In this document: positions 19,578-28,756 of the stretch, one piece after another | Layout: each line of letters begins with the position of its first letter | Numbering within the stretch: the first letter of the stretch is position 1 | Origin: a virus | Reading direction: 5' to 3' (one strand) | Virus record (IMG/VR): IMGVR_UViG_3300030331_006276 | DNA: 64,000 nucleotides | Position numbers and translations under genes: made by a program | Notes under the pieces: generated by a model | Databases searched by the model: none | What the model saw: the letters and a program-made list of their open reading frames with translations, nothing else | What the model was told of the DNA's origin: nothing

Positions 19578-20617
19578 TTTCTATATTTTTTAATTTGAGA
19601 TAATTTAACAATACCTTCGAGACTATCGAAGGTATTTTTTTCTATAAAATCCCACTTAATTTCATCTATTTTACAAGCCATTGCTATATCGTTAAAATCT
19701 TTAAAACGTTTTCCAAACTTTTCAGGCCATATAAATACACGTTCATTTTGTTTAAGCAAAACCTCTGATTTTACTAAGGAAGCCTGATCAACCCACTGAG
19801 AATCAAGTATCCACACCTTATCATACCATTTTAAAGAGTTCAGCTGCTGCTCTTGTCTTTGAGTAAATGATCTACCTCGTTCAGTAATACCAGCTACAGC
19901 TATAGAGTTTTTAGTAAAGAAGGCATTCAAAGGTCCTTCAAAAATATAAACTTTATCATGATCGCTCGATACTCTATCAATATTAAACAGAGTTTTTTCT
20001 GCTTGTACTTTACCTAAGTACTTAGGTTTAGTTTTATTATCTTTATTTAAGACAGTACGAGTTTGATAAAACTCTATCTCCTTATTCTCATTAATAAAAG
20101 GTATAACTAATCTATTTTTATGTACCCTATCAGTTAATGATACATATAAGTTATCTGGTTTATTTACTGCAGTATCTAATCTACGTTCCTTAACCAAATA
20201 TCTAGCAGCCGTAATAACAGAGTTGCTACTATAATAGTTAAGCTGAAACTCATCAGACAGATTAATGCTATCTTTAGGTAAGGTTTCGACTTGAAAAGTC
20301 TCTCTAATTTTTTCTCCATTTGCTGACAGATCTTTTGCATCAGGTACATATTCTTTTAGTTCATTAATTATATCTGTATCTGTACAACTTGATACTTCTT
20401 TTATCCACCGTAAAGGCTTACCCGACCAACCGCAGTTATGACAGAATATATTTTCATTTTTAGGAATATAATAGCATCTTCTTTTTTTACCTAACGATTT
20501 ACCTTCTCTACAAATAGGACAACTACATTGATATACGTTATTAAATTTATTATACTTAGGATAAAAGCCTAATTCAAAAAATTTAAGTATAACAAAATCC
20601 TCAGGAAGCGATATCAT
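19559..20617 (-). CDS. gp61: DNA primase (T4 gp61-like)
   Basis: Zn finger CPIC..FCHNC, RLVIPF, TOPRIM YIFEGPLNA and WILD. Confidence 0.9.
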   Translation of the reverse strand: MISLPEDFVILKFFELGFYPKYNKFNNVYQCSCPICREGKSLGKKRRCYYIPKNENIFCHNCGWSGKPLRWIKEVSSCTDTDIINELKEYVPDAKDLSANGEKIRETFQVETLPKDSINLSDEFQLNYYSSNSVITAARYLVKERRLDTAVNKPDNLYVSLTDRVHKNRLVIPFINENKEIEFYQTRTVLNKDNKTKPKYLGKVQAEKTLFNIDRVSSDHDKVYIFEGPLNAFFTKNSIAVAGITERGRSFTQRQEQQLNSLKWYDKVWILDSQWVDQASLVKSEVLLKQNERVFIWPEKFGKRFKDFNDIAMACKIDEIKWDFIEKNTFDSLEGIVKLSQIKKYRNQTYLN

Positions 20618-21482
20618 TTAGTTTATTATAAAGGCTTTTCATAAAAAACAAACTATGCCAGCTTTCTTTATTATCTAGAATCCTCTTAAAGGAATACTCT
20701 TCACAATACTCTAAAAATACTTTATAAGAAGGATTAACTTGAATTGCTAGTTGATCTCTATAATATTCTTTTTCATTTCTATAATCTTCGTATAGATTTA
20801 ATCTAAAGATATGTTTATTAGATTCATAAATCTGGTTTTCATCTTCAGTTAATTCAATTTCACCTTTTAGATATTTTTCTACTTTAACCTTACCAAATTT
20901 AGGTATACCAGCAATATTATCTGATTTATCACCTGTTAAGCATTTAGCAATAAACCACTCATCAACATTTTTAAATCCTGTTTGCTCTTCAAAATTACTT
21001 TCTTCAAAAAATTTCTTACGAATAGGATCATATAAAGTGCACTCAGAATTAACTAATTGAAGAAAGTCCTTATCTACAGAAACTATAACTTTTGATCCAT
21101 CATGTTCATTACATATATAAGCAACAATATCATCTGCTTCAAGTTCACGTGGAAAAATAGAATTAATTCCCATTGAATATAAAATAGATTTAATTATTTC
21201 ATTATTTTGATGAGGTGATGAATCTTTAGATCTATTACCTTTATATTCAGTTAGAATACTTTTACGAATATTAGGTTTATAATCTTGTTTTTCGTCCCAC
21301 ACAAATACTGTAGTATCGGGAAGAAACTGCTTCACGTAGGAGCTAACAGCATTAAGCGTAAAGTATATATGAAAATTACTTACTTGGTAATCTGAGTGAG
21401 TCTTGGTCTTCTTTGACTGTACTTTCGCTGTATGATACGTTCGGTGTATTAAATTGTTGCCGTCTATGATCAGTGTTTTCAT
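20601..21482 (-). CDS. rnh: RNase H / 5'-3' exonuclease (T4 rnh-like)
   Basis: LIIDGNNL, FVWD..YKGNR, LEADD, VSVDKDFLQL, LTGDKSDNIAG; start moved to ATG 21482 (MKTLIIDG). Confidence 0.9.
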   Translation of the reverse strand: MKTLIIDGNNLIHRTYHTAKVQSKKTKTHSDYQVSNFHIYFTLNAVSSYVKQFLPDTTVFVWDEKQDYKPNIRKSILTEYKGNRSKDSSPHQNNEIIKSILYSMGINSIFPRELEADDIVAYICNEHDGSKVIVSVDKDFLQLVNSECTLYDPIRKKFFEESNFEEQTGFKNVDEWFIAKCLTGDKSDNIAGIPKFGKVKVEKYLKGEIELTEDENQIYESNKHIFRLNLYEDYRNEKEYYRDQLAIQVNPSYKVFLEYCEEYSFKRILDNKESWHSLFFMKSLYNKLNDIAS

Positions 21483-21717
21483 TTTTCTTATATTGAGCCT
21501 CAATAACTGAATAAACGTTTCTAGGAAGCTTCTCTACAAACTTAATTATATCATTGTTCCTTCCGATATCAAATGATTCTTTAGGTACATCTATATTTTC
21601 CATTTGTGGTAAAATAAGACAACCAATAGTATCTTGTTTAAGATCAACTATTGCAAACATTTTACCTACATAATCGCCTGTCTGTACAGCGTATATATCT
21701 CTTTTACGATATTTCAT
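21376..21717 (-). CDS. Hypothetical protein
   Basis: Probable start MKYRKRD at 21717; its C-terminus overlaps the rnh start by about 107 nt. Confidence 0.5.
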   Translation of the reverse strand: MKYRKRDIYAVQTGDYVGKMFAIVDLKQDTIGCLILPQMENIDVPKESFDIGRNNDIIKFVEKLPRNVYSVIEAQYKKNENTDHRRQQFNTPNVSYSESTVKEDQDSLRLPSK

Positions 21718-22033
21718 CTGGACCAAATCCGTGTCCTTTTAAATGGTGCATTTCTGATGCAAAATATTTTAGTAAAAAGGAATTAAGTGCTTCAGTTTGT
21801 TGTGGTGTTTTTGATGCTTTTATATCAACATGTCTACCTTCAAAATCGTATCCAAGTATAATATAACAATCTAAATATTCACTAATAATATTACATAGCC
21901 TATGAGCTAAATCCTGTCTTCTTTTAAATGTTTTCTTTTCAACAATACTTTGCTTAAGAGCTCTTTCGACCATCTCTCTTAATTCCTCATCGTTATCAAA
22001 ATCTTCGGAATCTTCCTCTGGTTCGTTGCTCAT
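21704..22033 (-). CDS. Hypothetical protein
   Basis: 109 aa; minus-strand TAAATA at 22039-22044. Confidence 0.6.
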   Translation of the reverse strand: MSNEPEEDSEDFDNDEELREMVERALKQSIVEKKTFKRRQDLAHRLCNIISEYLDCYIILGYDFEGRHVDIKASKTPQQTEALNSFLLKYFASEMHHLKGHGFGPDEIS

Positions 22034-22037
22034 GCTA

Positions 22038-22376
22038 TTATTTATTCAAAAAATCATTCTTATCCTTTTGCCGAACTCCTGATTTTAATAACTTACTAAC
22101 AACAACTTCAATAGAATCTGTTTTTAAACTAAAATTATTGTTAAACAATTGATTACCATCATTAAAGCTAAATAAATATTCACCTTTAAAAGGAGTATTC
22201 TCAAAGCAGGTAATGTATACTGAAGCACCAGTAGGATCAACTAGTACAGTCCATTTACGAGGATCAGATTTACTATACTTATCAAATATTCGTAAAGTAA
22301 CAAAATCATTGTCCTTTAATCTTTTAATAAAGTAGCCTGCAGTTTTAAGTTTATTTTTCTTGTGATGCATTATCAT
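22038..22376 (-). CDS. Hypothetical protein
   Basis: 112 aa; ATGA-coupled to the gp45 stop. Confidence 0.6.
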   Translation of the reverse strand: MIMHHKKNKLKTAGYFIKRLKDNDFVTLRIFDKYSKSDPRKWTVLVDPTGASVYITCFENTPFKGEYLFSFNDGNQLFNNNFSLKTDSIEVVVSKLLKSGVRQKDKNDFLNK

Positions 22377-23101
22377 TGAGTTAAAGCTGATATAATATAT
22401 TTTAATTTAATATCTTTATCTTCAATATCAAATATAACAACACCAAATTCAGTATTTACCTTAACATTAAATTCATCATTTATAATAGAAAGTAATCTAA
22501 TATTATCTAAATTTACTGGAGTAGGTTTAAGGTTAATATCAGTTTTACCTAAACTTAGAGTAAAGTTATCAGTATTATGTCTAGATCTATCAGTAAGTTC
22601 TGCCATTAAGTTATCGCCTTCAGTATAAAAATATATTTTATTAGTTTCAGATGCAAAAGTACTACCTTTAAATAATCTCTGCAACGTATTTTTATTGAGC
22701 TTAAACTCAACATCATACTTAAACGCATTTATTTTTTCAAGATTAATATTAGGTCTAGTTATAAAGCCCTCTTCAAATAAATGATATTTAAACTTAACAC
22801 TACTACCTTTATACTCTAAATTATTCGAATTAATATCTAGAGATATATCAGTATCCTCAATCGTATCTAGTACATTACGTAATTTTTTTACGTCAGGTAT
22901 ATTTAACGAACTTTCAAAAGAATAAAGATTAGTCTTATATTCAGAACAAAGAATTAAAGTACTATCAACGCTAGATACTAAACTAGTAATCTTATCTTTT
23001 TTTAAATCTAGGATAACTCCACTATCGTTTATCTTAGAAATAGCGTCTAATAACTTTAAAAATTCAGCTTTGTTTGCGACTTTTAGTTGTCTTTTTTCCA
23101 T
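22373..23101 (-). CDS. gp45: Sliding clamp (T4 gp45-like)
   Basis: 242 aa; two-repeat clamp pattern (LNIPDVKKL..L..I..LDI...KFKYHLFEEG..P) in the replication cluster. Confidence 0.75.
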   Translation of the reverse strand: MEKRQLKVANKAEFLKLLDAISKINDSGVILDLKKDKITSLVSSVDSTLILCSEYKTNLYSFESSLNIPDVKKLRNVLDTIEDTDISLDINSNNLEYKGSSVKFKYHLFEEGFITRPNINLEKINAFKYDVEFKLNKNTLQRLFKGSTFASETNKIYFYTEGDNLMAELTDRSRHNTDNFTLSLGKTDINLKPTPVNLDNIRLLSIINDEFNVKVNTEFGVVIFDIEDKDIKLKYIISALTQ

Positions 23102-23531
23102 TATCTAATTTTAAGCTAATTTCTTTCAATAGCAAATTTTGCTCTTCTAATAGATCAAGCAACTTATCTGTTACCGTTGGCTCAGAGAAATCAAACTCAC
23201 CTTGATTATCAACTGCTGCTGGTGCAACAGGAGGTTCAACTTCTATTACTTCTGGAGGTGCTTGCTGTAATTCCATAGCAGCTTGTTCAGGTGTAATTTG
23301 TTGCACTGGTGCTTGTGGAGCTTGTTGTTGTGGAGGTGGTTGCGGTGGTCTTTGAGGATGAATAGTAGGAGAATGTGCAGTTTGCTCAAACACTTGCTTC
23401 ATTTCTGCTGACTTTGGTTTTAAATTACCAGCTGAACCAATAATATTTTGATCTTGTTGATGTAGTTGGCCATATGTTTGACCCATAAACTGCATAACAA
23501 TAGCTTTTTCTTGTGGAGTCATTCCTTCCAT
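23064..23531 (-). CDS. Hypothetical Q/P-rich protein
   Basis: 155 aa, central PPQPPPQQQAPQ; lies between gp32 and gp45. Confidence 0.55.
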   Translation of the reverse strand: MEGMTPQEKAIVMQFMGQTYGQLHQQDQNIIGSAGNLKPKSAEMKQVFEQTAHSPTIHPQRPPQPPPQQQAPQAPVQQITPEQAAMELQQAPPEVIEVEPPVAPAAVDNQGEFDFSEPTVTDKLLDLLEEQNLLLKEISLKLDNGKKTTKSRKQS

Positions 23532-23532
23532 T

Positions 23533-24369
23533 TTACAGATCTTTTAAGAGGTCATCAATATCTTCTTCTACACTATCGTTAGTAACAACAGCCGGCTCAG
23601 GCTCTACGGGAGTAGGAATACTATCTGGAACCGGAGCAGAAGTAGTAGGAGCTTTTTCTTCAGCTTTACAGAAGTAATGCTCATTAAGCATATCTTTAAG
23701 CTCGTCATACGTCTTTTGCGTAAATACATCAGTTAAATCAAAAGCGCCTTCATAGATTTCTTTCTGCTTATCATCAGAAATATCAATCTTACCAGCAGTA
23801 GTAAATCTTGATGAAACGTACGTAGGAAAATCACCTTGCTGCTCAACTTTAATCTTAAAGTTAACTCCTTCATTACCGAGATCAAAAATTCGCGGACCGA
23901 ACTCTTCAGCATCTTCACCTTCGATAGCCTCAGTAATAATTTTTTGAAGCTGCTTACCATATCGAAGAATTTTTACTTTACCGTTATTATCAGGATTAAC
24001 CGGATCATCGATAACGTATACATTAACTAACCATTTCTCTAAACGACGAACAGCAGTCATTTTTTCTTTTTCTTCTTCACTACCTGTCCGAAGAACTTTA
24101 AATCTCTCTTCAGCAATAGGATCTCTTTCACCGAATGTCTGAGGACTTAAAGCCTGAACATATTGCCCAGTAGCAAACGAATTCCATCCATGATTATAAT
24201 AATGAAAAAACGTTTTACTAGGGTCTTTAGCATAAGGTAAAAGTCTTACCGTATACGTATTACCTACTTTAGTAGGCATAATTTCGTTAAATGTAGCAGA
24301 ACCCTTACTATCAGAGCTTGCTAACGCGTCTTTAATTGATTGAAACATTGAAGTATTAAAAGTACTCAT
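23533..24369 (-). CDS. gp32: Single-stranded DNA-binding protein (T4 gp32-like)
   Basis: VRLLP..FFHYYNHG..YVIDDP.NPDNNGKVKILRYGKQL..IFD..GVNFKIKV..Y.SSRF; acidic C-tail DDLLKDL. Confidence 0.9.
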   Translation of the reverse strand: MSTFNTSMFQSIKDALASSDSKGSATFNEIMPTKVGNTYTVRLLPYAKDPSKTFFHYYNHGWNSFATGQYVQALSPQTFGERDPIAEERFKVLRTGSEEEKEKMTAVRRLEKWLVNVYVIDDPVNPDNNGKVKILRYGKQLQKIITEAIEGEDAEEFGPRIFDLGNEGVNFKIKVEQQGDFPTYVSSRFTTAGKIDISDDKQKEIYEGAFDLTDVFTQKTYDELKDMLNEHYFCKAEEKAPTTSAPVPDSIPTPVEPEPAVVTNDSVEEDIDDLLKDL

Positions 24370-24375
24370 GCCATA

Positions 24376-24403
24376 ATTATATAACCTATAGAGAGGATAT
24401 CAA
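24376..24403 (-). promoter_or_regulatory. Sigma70-type early promoter of gp32
   Basis: TTGATA-N16-TATAAT, 6 nt before ATG. Confidence 0.7.
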
Positions 24404-24410
24404 CAGTTTT

Positions 24411-24710
24411 TTATAACTGTATATTTGAATTTGAATTAAGGAACTTAGTAATATATTTTGACTTTGTTATTGCTGGTTCAAAGTCAATAAAGAGCTTTAC
24501 TATATCAAAATTTGTCTCTATTGTTAATAGTTCCTTTAGTATATTTCTCAATCTTTCTTCTTGTAATACAAGTATAAAAATATTTTGCAGAGATAATTTT
24601 TTACCTTTTAGCATTGAACAAAACGTACAAAAGCAAAGTAGTAGATGCTCTGTTTCATCTTTAATTAAAGTTTTAGAGGGATTTGGTGATATATTTGAAG
24701 TTGTTAGCAC
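24411..24710 (-). CDS. Hypothetical protein
   Basis: 99 aa, GTG start overlapping the DHH stop. Confidence 0.5.
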   Translation of the reverse strand: MLTTSNISPNPSKTLIKDETEHLLLCFCTFCSMLKGKKLSLQNIFILVLQEERLRNILKELLTIETNFDIVKLFIDFEPAITKSKYITKFLNSNSNIQL

Positions 24711-25591
24711 GGTGCGAATGTTTTGGTTAAGTTTGCAAATTGTTGAGTTAACTTACCTCCTGCTGCTGCAGCGTGGCCTCCTCCATTACATAATTTTGTA
24801 GCTAATATACTAACATCAACATCAGTTTTTTTGGAGCGTCTAAACGAAACAGTTTTTGCTTGAGTATTTACAATAATACTAATATCAGTATTATATTTTT
24901 TAAGTAAAAAATGTGCTAGCTCATTAATCGCATAATTAGCAAATGTAGCTACTATAGTGTAGTCTTTTATCATACCTGTAAAGACCTGTGCACTATCTAT
25001 TTGATCTTTAAATTTTTTGAAATATAATTTTATAGCATTTTTTTCATGTATAGTAAATTCTCTAAATCCTTCAGAAAATGCATCAATAAATTTTTCTGTT
25101 TTTGGAGAATTCAAATTATAATATATAGCATTTAGTTTAAGTGATTCTTTATACTGTGTATTATACCAGTCATATGTACCAATGTACTCAATCAATAATA
25201 ATTGTGAATCGGTTAAATGTGATAAGTGATCACCAAACTTATCATAAATTAGGTCTAAAGTTGATCTATAACCTTTTTCTGGCCCACTTTCTAGTATAGC
25301 TTTTGCTTTACTATATAGATGTTTATTATTAATATGATTTTTATGAGTATCTACAACAACTACATTTTTTCTATCAACTAATTTAATTTGTTCCGGCGTT
25401 AAATCTAAATCAACAATAAAAACTCTATCATAATGATCTAGTGTTTGTAATGATCCTTTAAATCTTCCAGTAATGGTTGATTCTGTTACATCATTTATAC
25501 TAAATGTATCAGCATCTTTATATAACCACTTTAACACTAACGCTGACCCAGCGCCATGTAAATCGGTATCAGTCCATACTTGGATATTCAC
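24704..25591 (-). CDS. DHH/DHHA1-family phosphoesterase
   Basis: TDTDLHG, IVDL, VDTH and C-terminal NGGGHAAAAG motif; TAAATA 6 nt before GTG. Confidence 0.85.
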   Translation of the reverse strand: MNIQVWTDTDLHGAGSALVLKWLYKDADTFSINDVTESTITGRFKGSLQTLDHYDRVFIVDLDLTPEQIKLVDRKNVVVVDTHKNHINNKHLYSKAKAILESGPEKGYRSTLDLIYDKFGDHLSHLTDSQLLLIEYIGTYDWYNTQYKESLKLNAIYYNLNSPKTEKFIDAFSEGFREFTIHEKNAIKLYFKKFKDQIDSAQVFTGMIKDYTIVATFANYAINELAHFLLKKYNTDISIIVNTQAKTVSFRRSKKTDVDVSILATKLCNGGGHAAAAGGKLTQQFANLTKTFAPC

Positions 25592-25614
25592 TGTATATAT
25601 TTACAAAGAGTTCC

Positions 25615-26922
25615 TTATTGTGCAAGTCCTGCTAATATATTAAGTGTATCATCCATATCCTCGCCTATTTCAACATCATCAGCTTGTTCAATAGTAAGAG
25701 TAGAATAGTCAATTCTCATTGCTTGAGTTATACCTCTCGGCCCATATCTATTTTTCATCATACCTAAGCGTATAACTCCTATTCCTCTATCTTCTTCATT
25801 CTGAAAAATAGAAACAATAGCATCAGCAGTAGCTGCTAGACCTATAGACTCAGAGATAGTTGCTAAGTCAGGATTATCAGTATCGAATCCAGCTCTATTT
25901 AACTGCGTAGCTGAAATAATAGGACAGTTAAACAGATAACTCATAGCTCGTACTTGCTCAGTAACATGCTTTATCCGTTCATAAGAATTATTACCAACAG
26001 TAGAATGCATTAGGTTAAGATAATCTAATACTATTGCATCGAGTTTAATACCTTGCTCTTCAAATTTCTTAATAAACGCTTTAAGTTGATTAGCTGTAAT
26101 AGTAGCAGGAGGAAACTCTTTAATAAAAATTTTACCACCTTGATTATGCATACCTTGTTTAATACTAGCAGAGTTTTGAGCTAGTTCTTTCATTGGAATC
26201 TTAGTAACATTACTACATATACGTCTAGCATAAAGTAATTCAGACATCTCTAAGGTAACTAACAAAACATTTTTACCTTCTTCAGCTATATTACTAGCAA
26301 TATTACCAAGAAAAATAGATTTACCAATATTAGTTTCACCAGCGAAAACATATAAAGCTTTACCAGCTTCTAAAAAGCCTCCCCCTAGACAATTATCTAA
26401 CCACTCCCATTTACTAGGAACATATCTTTCTACAGAATTAAGATCATCAATAAGTCTATCAACGTCACCATAAAAATCTAAACCAAGATCAGTTACAAGA
26501 TTAATATTACAAGACTTTTCAAATTTATCTAATACTACTGATGTATCTACTTTACCATTTGATACATCTTCAGCTACATTTAGCATAGTATGATAAACAG
26601 CTTTTTCTTTAAGGAACTGTTCAGTATTATCATATAGCTCATCTTTATCTAAAGAGTTATCAATATCAGTAAATGACTTAACTAGTTCCTTAAAAGACTC
26701 TTTTTGCTCATCTGAAACAAGATACGATTTTATTTCAGTAGTAGTAGGTAACTTATTTCTCTTTTCAGAAAAGTCTTTTATAATATTAAAGATACTTGCA
26801 ATCGATTTATTTTTAAAGTATTCAGGTTTAACAAAATCAGCAATAGAAGCTAAGTAACCACTATCAGTAAGAGACTTATAAATAAGAATATTTTCGAAAT
26901 AATCTAAGTCTAATTTACTCAC
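25615..26922 (-). CDS. gp41: Replicative DnaB-like helicase (T4 gp41-like)
   Basis: AGETNIGKS (Walker A), TLEMSE, IVLDYLN, SATQLNR, SESIGL.ATAD, KNRYG. Confidence 0.92.
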   Translation of the reverse strand: MSKLDLDYFENILIYKSLTDSGYLASIADFVKPEYFKNKSIASIFNIIKDFSEKRNKLPTTTEIKSYLVSDEQKESFKELVKSFTDIDNSLDKDELYDNTEQFLKEKAVYHTMLNVAEDVSNGKVDTSVVLDKFEKSCNINLVTDLGLDFYGDVDRLIDDLNSVERYVPSKWEWLDNCLGGGFLEAGKALYVFAGETNIGKSIFLGNIASNIAEEGKNVLLVTLEMSELLYARRICSNVTKIPMKELAQNSASIKQGMHNQGGKIFIKEFPPATITANQLKAFIKKFEEQGIKLDAIVLDYLNLMHSTVGNNSYERIKHVTEQVRAMSYLFNCPIISATQLNRAGFDTDNPDLATISESIGLAATADAIVSIFQNEEDRGIGVIRLGMMKNRYGPRGITQAMRIDYSTLTIEQADDVEIGEDMDDTLNILAGLAQ

Positions 26923-26941
26923 AATTTAATAGTATAATAAT

Positions 26942-27598
26942 TTATTGCGTTTTCCACTTATCAAGAAACCAGTCTTCGCCCTTTTGAAATTCTTCTGTAA
27001 AATTAGTAAGCCCGGGAGATTTATGCGTTATAATAAAATCTCCAACACCTACTTTAAATCCTGCTTTATGACATTGCATAGAGTAGTCTAAATCGTAAAA
27101 ATGCCACTTTGATGGGCATGTTTCATCAAAACGAATCTTTTCAAATACTTTTCTTTTTATAACTAAAAATACACCATCGATTAGAATAGCTCTATTAGGA
27201 TAAAATCCAAATCCCCCCATATGCTTTTGTCCTTCAGTACCATGAGCTACGGCTCCAACTAAATGACCTCCTTCAAAACCACCGCCTAGCAAATGCCATA
27301 ATACAGGTTTTTTAAGTGTAACTTTATTACACCCAGCAACCCCCACGATATCAAATTTTTCAAAATTACGTTCTATCCTTTTTTCAGAATATGCTTCTAA
27401 TATTACATCGTCGTGAACTAAAACTAAATTATCAACACGTTCTTTTATTGCAAAGTCTATTGCTTTATTGTAAGTTTTTTGCAAAGATTCTTGATTATGC
27501 TCTTTTATAAAAACATCAATACCTTCATCTCTACATGTATTATAGAGCATTGAATCTTCTTTTTTACCAGCTGTAGCAGAAAAAATAAACGTTTTCAT
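26942..27598 (-). CDS. GT-A fold glycosyltransferase (GT2-like)
   Basis: SLQKTYNKAI, LVLVHDDV, IDGVFL, WHFYDLDYSMQC. Confidence 0.8.
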   Translation of the reverse strand: MKTFIFSATAGKKEDSMLYNTCRDEGIDVFIKEHNQESLQKTYNKAIDFAIKERVDNLVLVHDDVILEAYSEKRIERNFEKFDIVGVAGCNKVTLKKPVLWHLLGGGFEGGHLVGAVAHGTEGQKHMGGFGFYPNRAILIDGVFLVIKRKVFEKIRFDETCPSKWHFYDLDYSMQCHKAGFKVGVGDFIITHKSPGLTNFTEEFQKGEDWFLDKWKTQ

Positions 27599-28257
27599 AT
27601 AAACATAAACGGTGATTTGGTTTTAAAGATACCAGCTTTATTCCATCGCTTAGTTCTTTTATTTAACTTCATAATAACTCCTTCTGGAAGCATTCTATAA
27701 TCTGTTCCAGGCATTGTTGTATAACTTCCTTTATTATTATAATGTAACAAAGAACCTACTCTTGCAATATATACATCGTTCGTTTCACAATTTACAATAC
27801 TTAAAGCAAAAGAACCTTCTAACATTTCTAATACTTGCTTTATAACTTTAATAGGCTTCTTATTTGTTTGAGAAAATTTTTCCAAAAGTTCAACGATTAC
27901 AGCAGTATCAACAGGATTTTCTACATATTTAAGATGCTTTCTTCTTAATTTTTTATCGTTAGTTAATACACCGTTATGACTAACTAACCACGTCATAGAT
28001 TCAAAAGGATGCGAAGTATTATAATTCCACGATCTTTTAGCAGATGTAGGAGCTTGAACATGACCTAAAACATATTGTATGTCATCTCTATCTGCATAAT
28101 TAAATTTATCAAAATTTATATCACCTTCATATTTAGCAATAAATTGATCATCGTCTGATAAGCATACAACACTACTAGCAAAGTTACCACGTTCTTTATT
28201 TGCTTCATATAAAATTTCTAACATCGTTTTATCAAACGATCCAAAAATAGCGCACAT
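27595..28257 (-). CDS. Stand-alone class II (Ntn) glutamine amidotransferase
   Basis: N-terminal MCAIFG (catalytic Cys), RG, GHVQAPT, HPF, SHNGVL, VDT, EGSFAL. Confidence 0.85.
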   Translation of the reverse strand: MCAIFGSFDKTMLEILYEANKERGNFASSVVCLSDDDQFIAKYEGDINFDKFNYADRDDIQYVLGHVQAPTSAKRSWNYNTSHPFESMTWLVSHNGVLTNDKKLRRKHLKYVENPVDTAVIVELLEKFSQTNKKPIKVIKQVLEMLEGSFALSIVNCETNDVYIARVGSLLHYNNKGSYTTMPGTDYRMLPEGVIMKLNKRTKRWNKAGIFKTKSPFMFI

Positions 28258-28262
28258 ATCTT

Positions 28263-28290
28263 ATATTAATATATTTTGTAAAGTAATCAA
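28263..28290 (-). promoter_or_regulatory. Early promoter of the amidotransferase-GT pair
   Basis: TTGATT-N16-TAATAT, 5 nt before ATG 28257. Confidence 0.6.
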
Positions 28291-28739
28291 TCTTCCCAAT
28301 CAAACTTAAATCCAGGTTTCCACATATAAGAATTATCTACATAGCGGCTAGATGGACCGTTGGGTCCTTCATCTCTAATTCGCTCGCAAATTTTTCTTAG
28401 CCTTAATACATGCGCACTAGGTGATGCTACAGGCCTTCTACGTTCTTGCGGTATTCTCCAAAACAGATCAATATTACCATACTTACTATCTTTAGCTAAA
28501 CTATAATCCGGGTAATCGACACCATCAATAGTAAACCATTTTTTCTTTTTCTTTTTAGTTTTTTCGATTCCTAGATTCTTAAGTGTCTTTTTACCTAGAC
28601 CCTTTACCTTAAACAGATCGTCATTGTTTCTAAAAGGTCTAAAGCCTACAATACGTTTAACTGTAGTTTTACCCACCCCGGGTAATTTACACAATTCTTT
28701 ATCTGTCATCTTATTAAAATCCTTATAATTTAGCTTCAT
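28287..28739 (-). CDS. Helix-hairpin-helix (ComEA-like) DNA-binding protein
   Basis: LCKLPGVGKTT..I...RPF...DDLFKVKGLGKKTL double HhH. Confidence 0.8.
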   Translation of the reverse strand: MKLNYKDFNKMTDKELCKLPGVGKTTVKRIVGFRPFRNNDDLFKVKGLGKKTLKNLGIEKTKKKKKKWFTIDGVDYPDYSLAKDSKYGNIDLFWRIPQERRRPVASPSAHVLRLRKICERIRDEGPNGPSSRYVDNSYMWKPGFKFDWED

Positions 28740-28756
28740 AGGTATAAATATATTAT

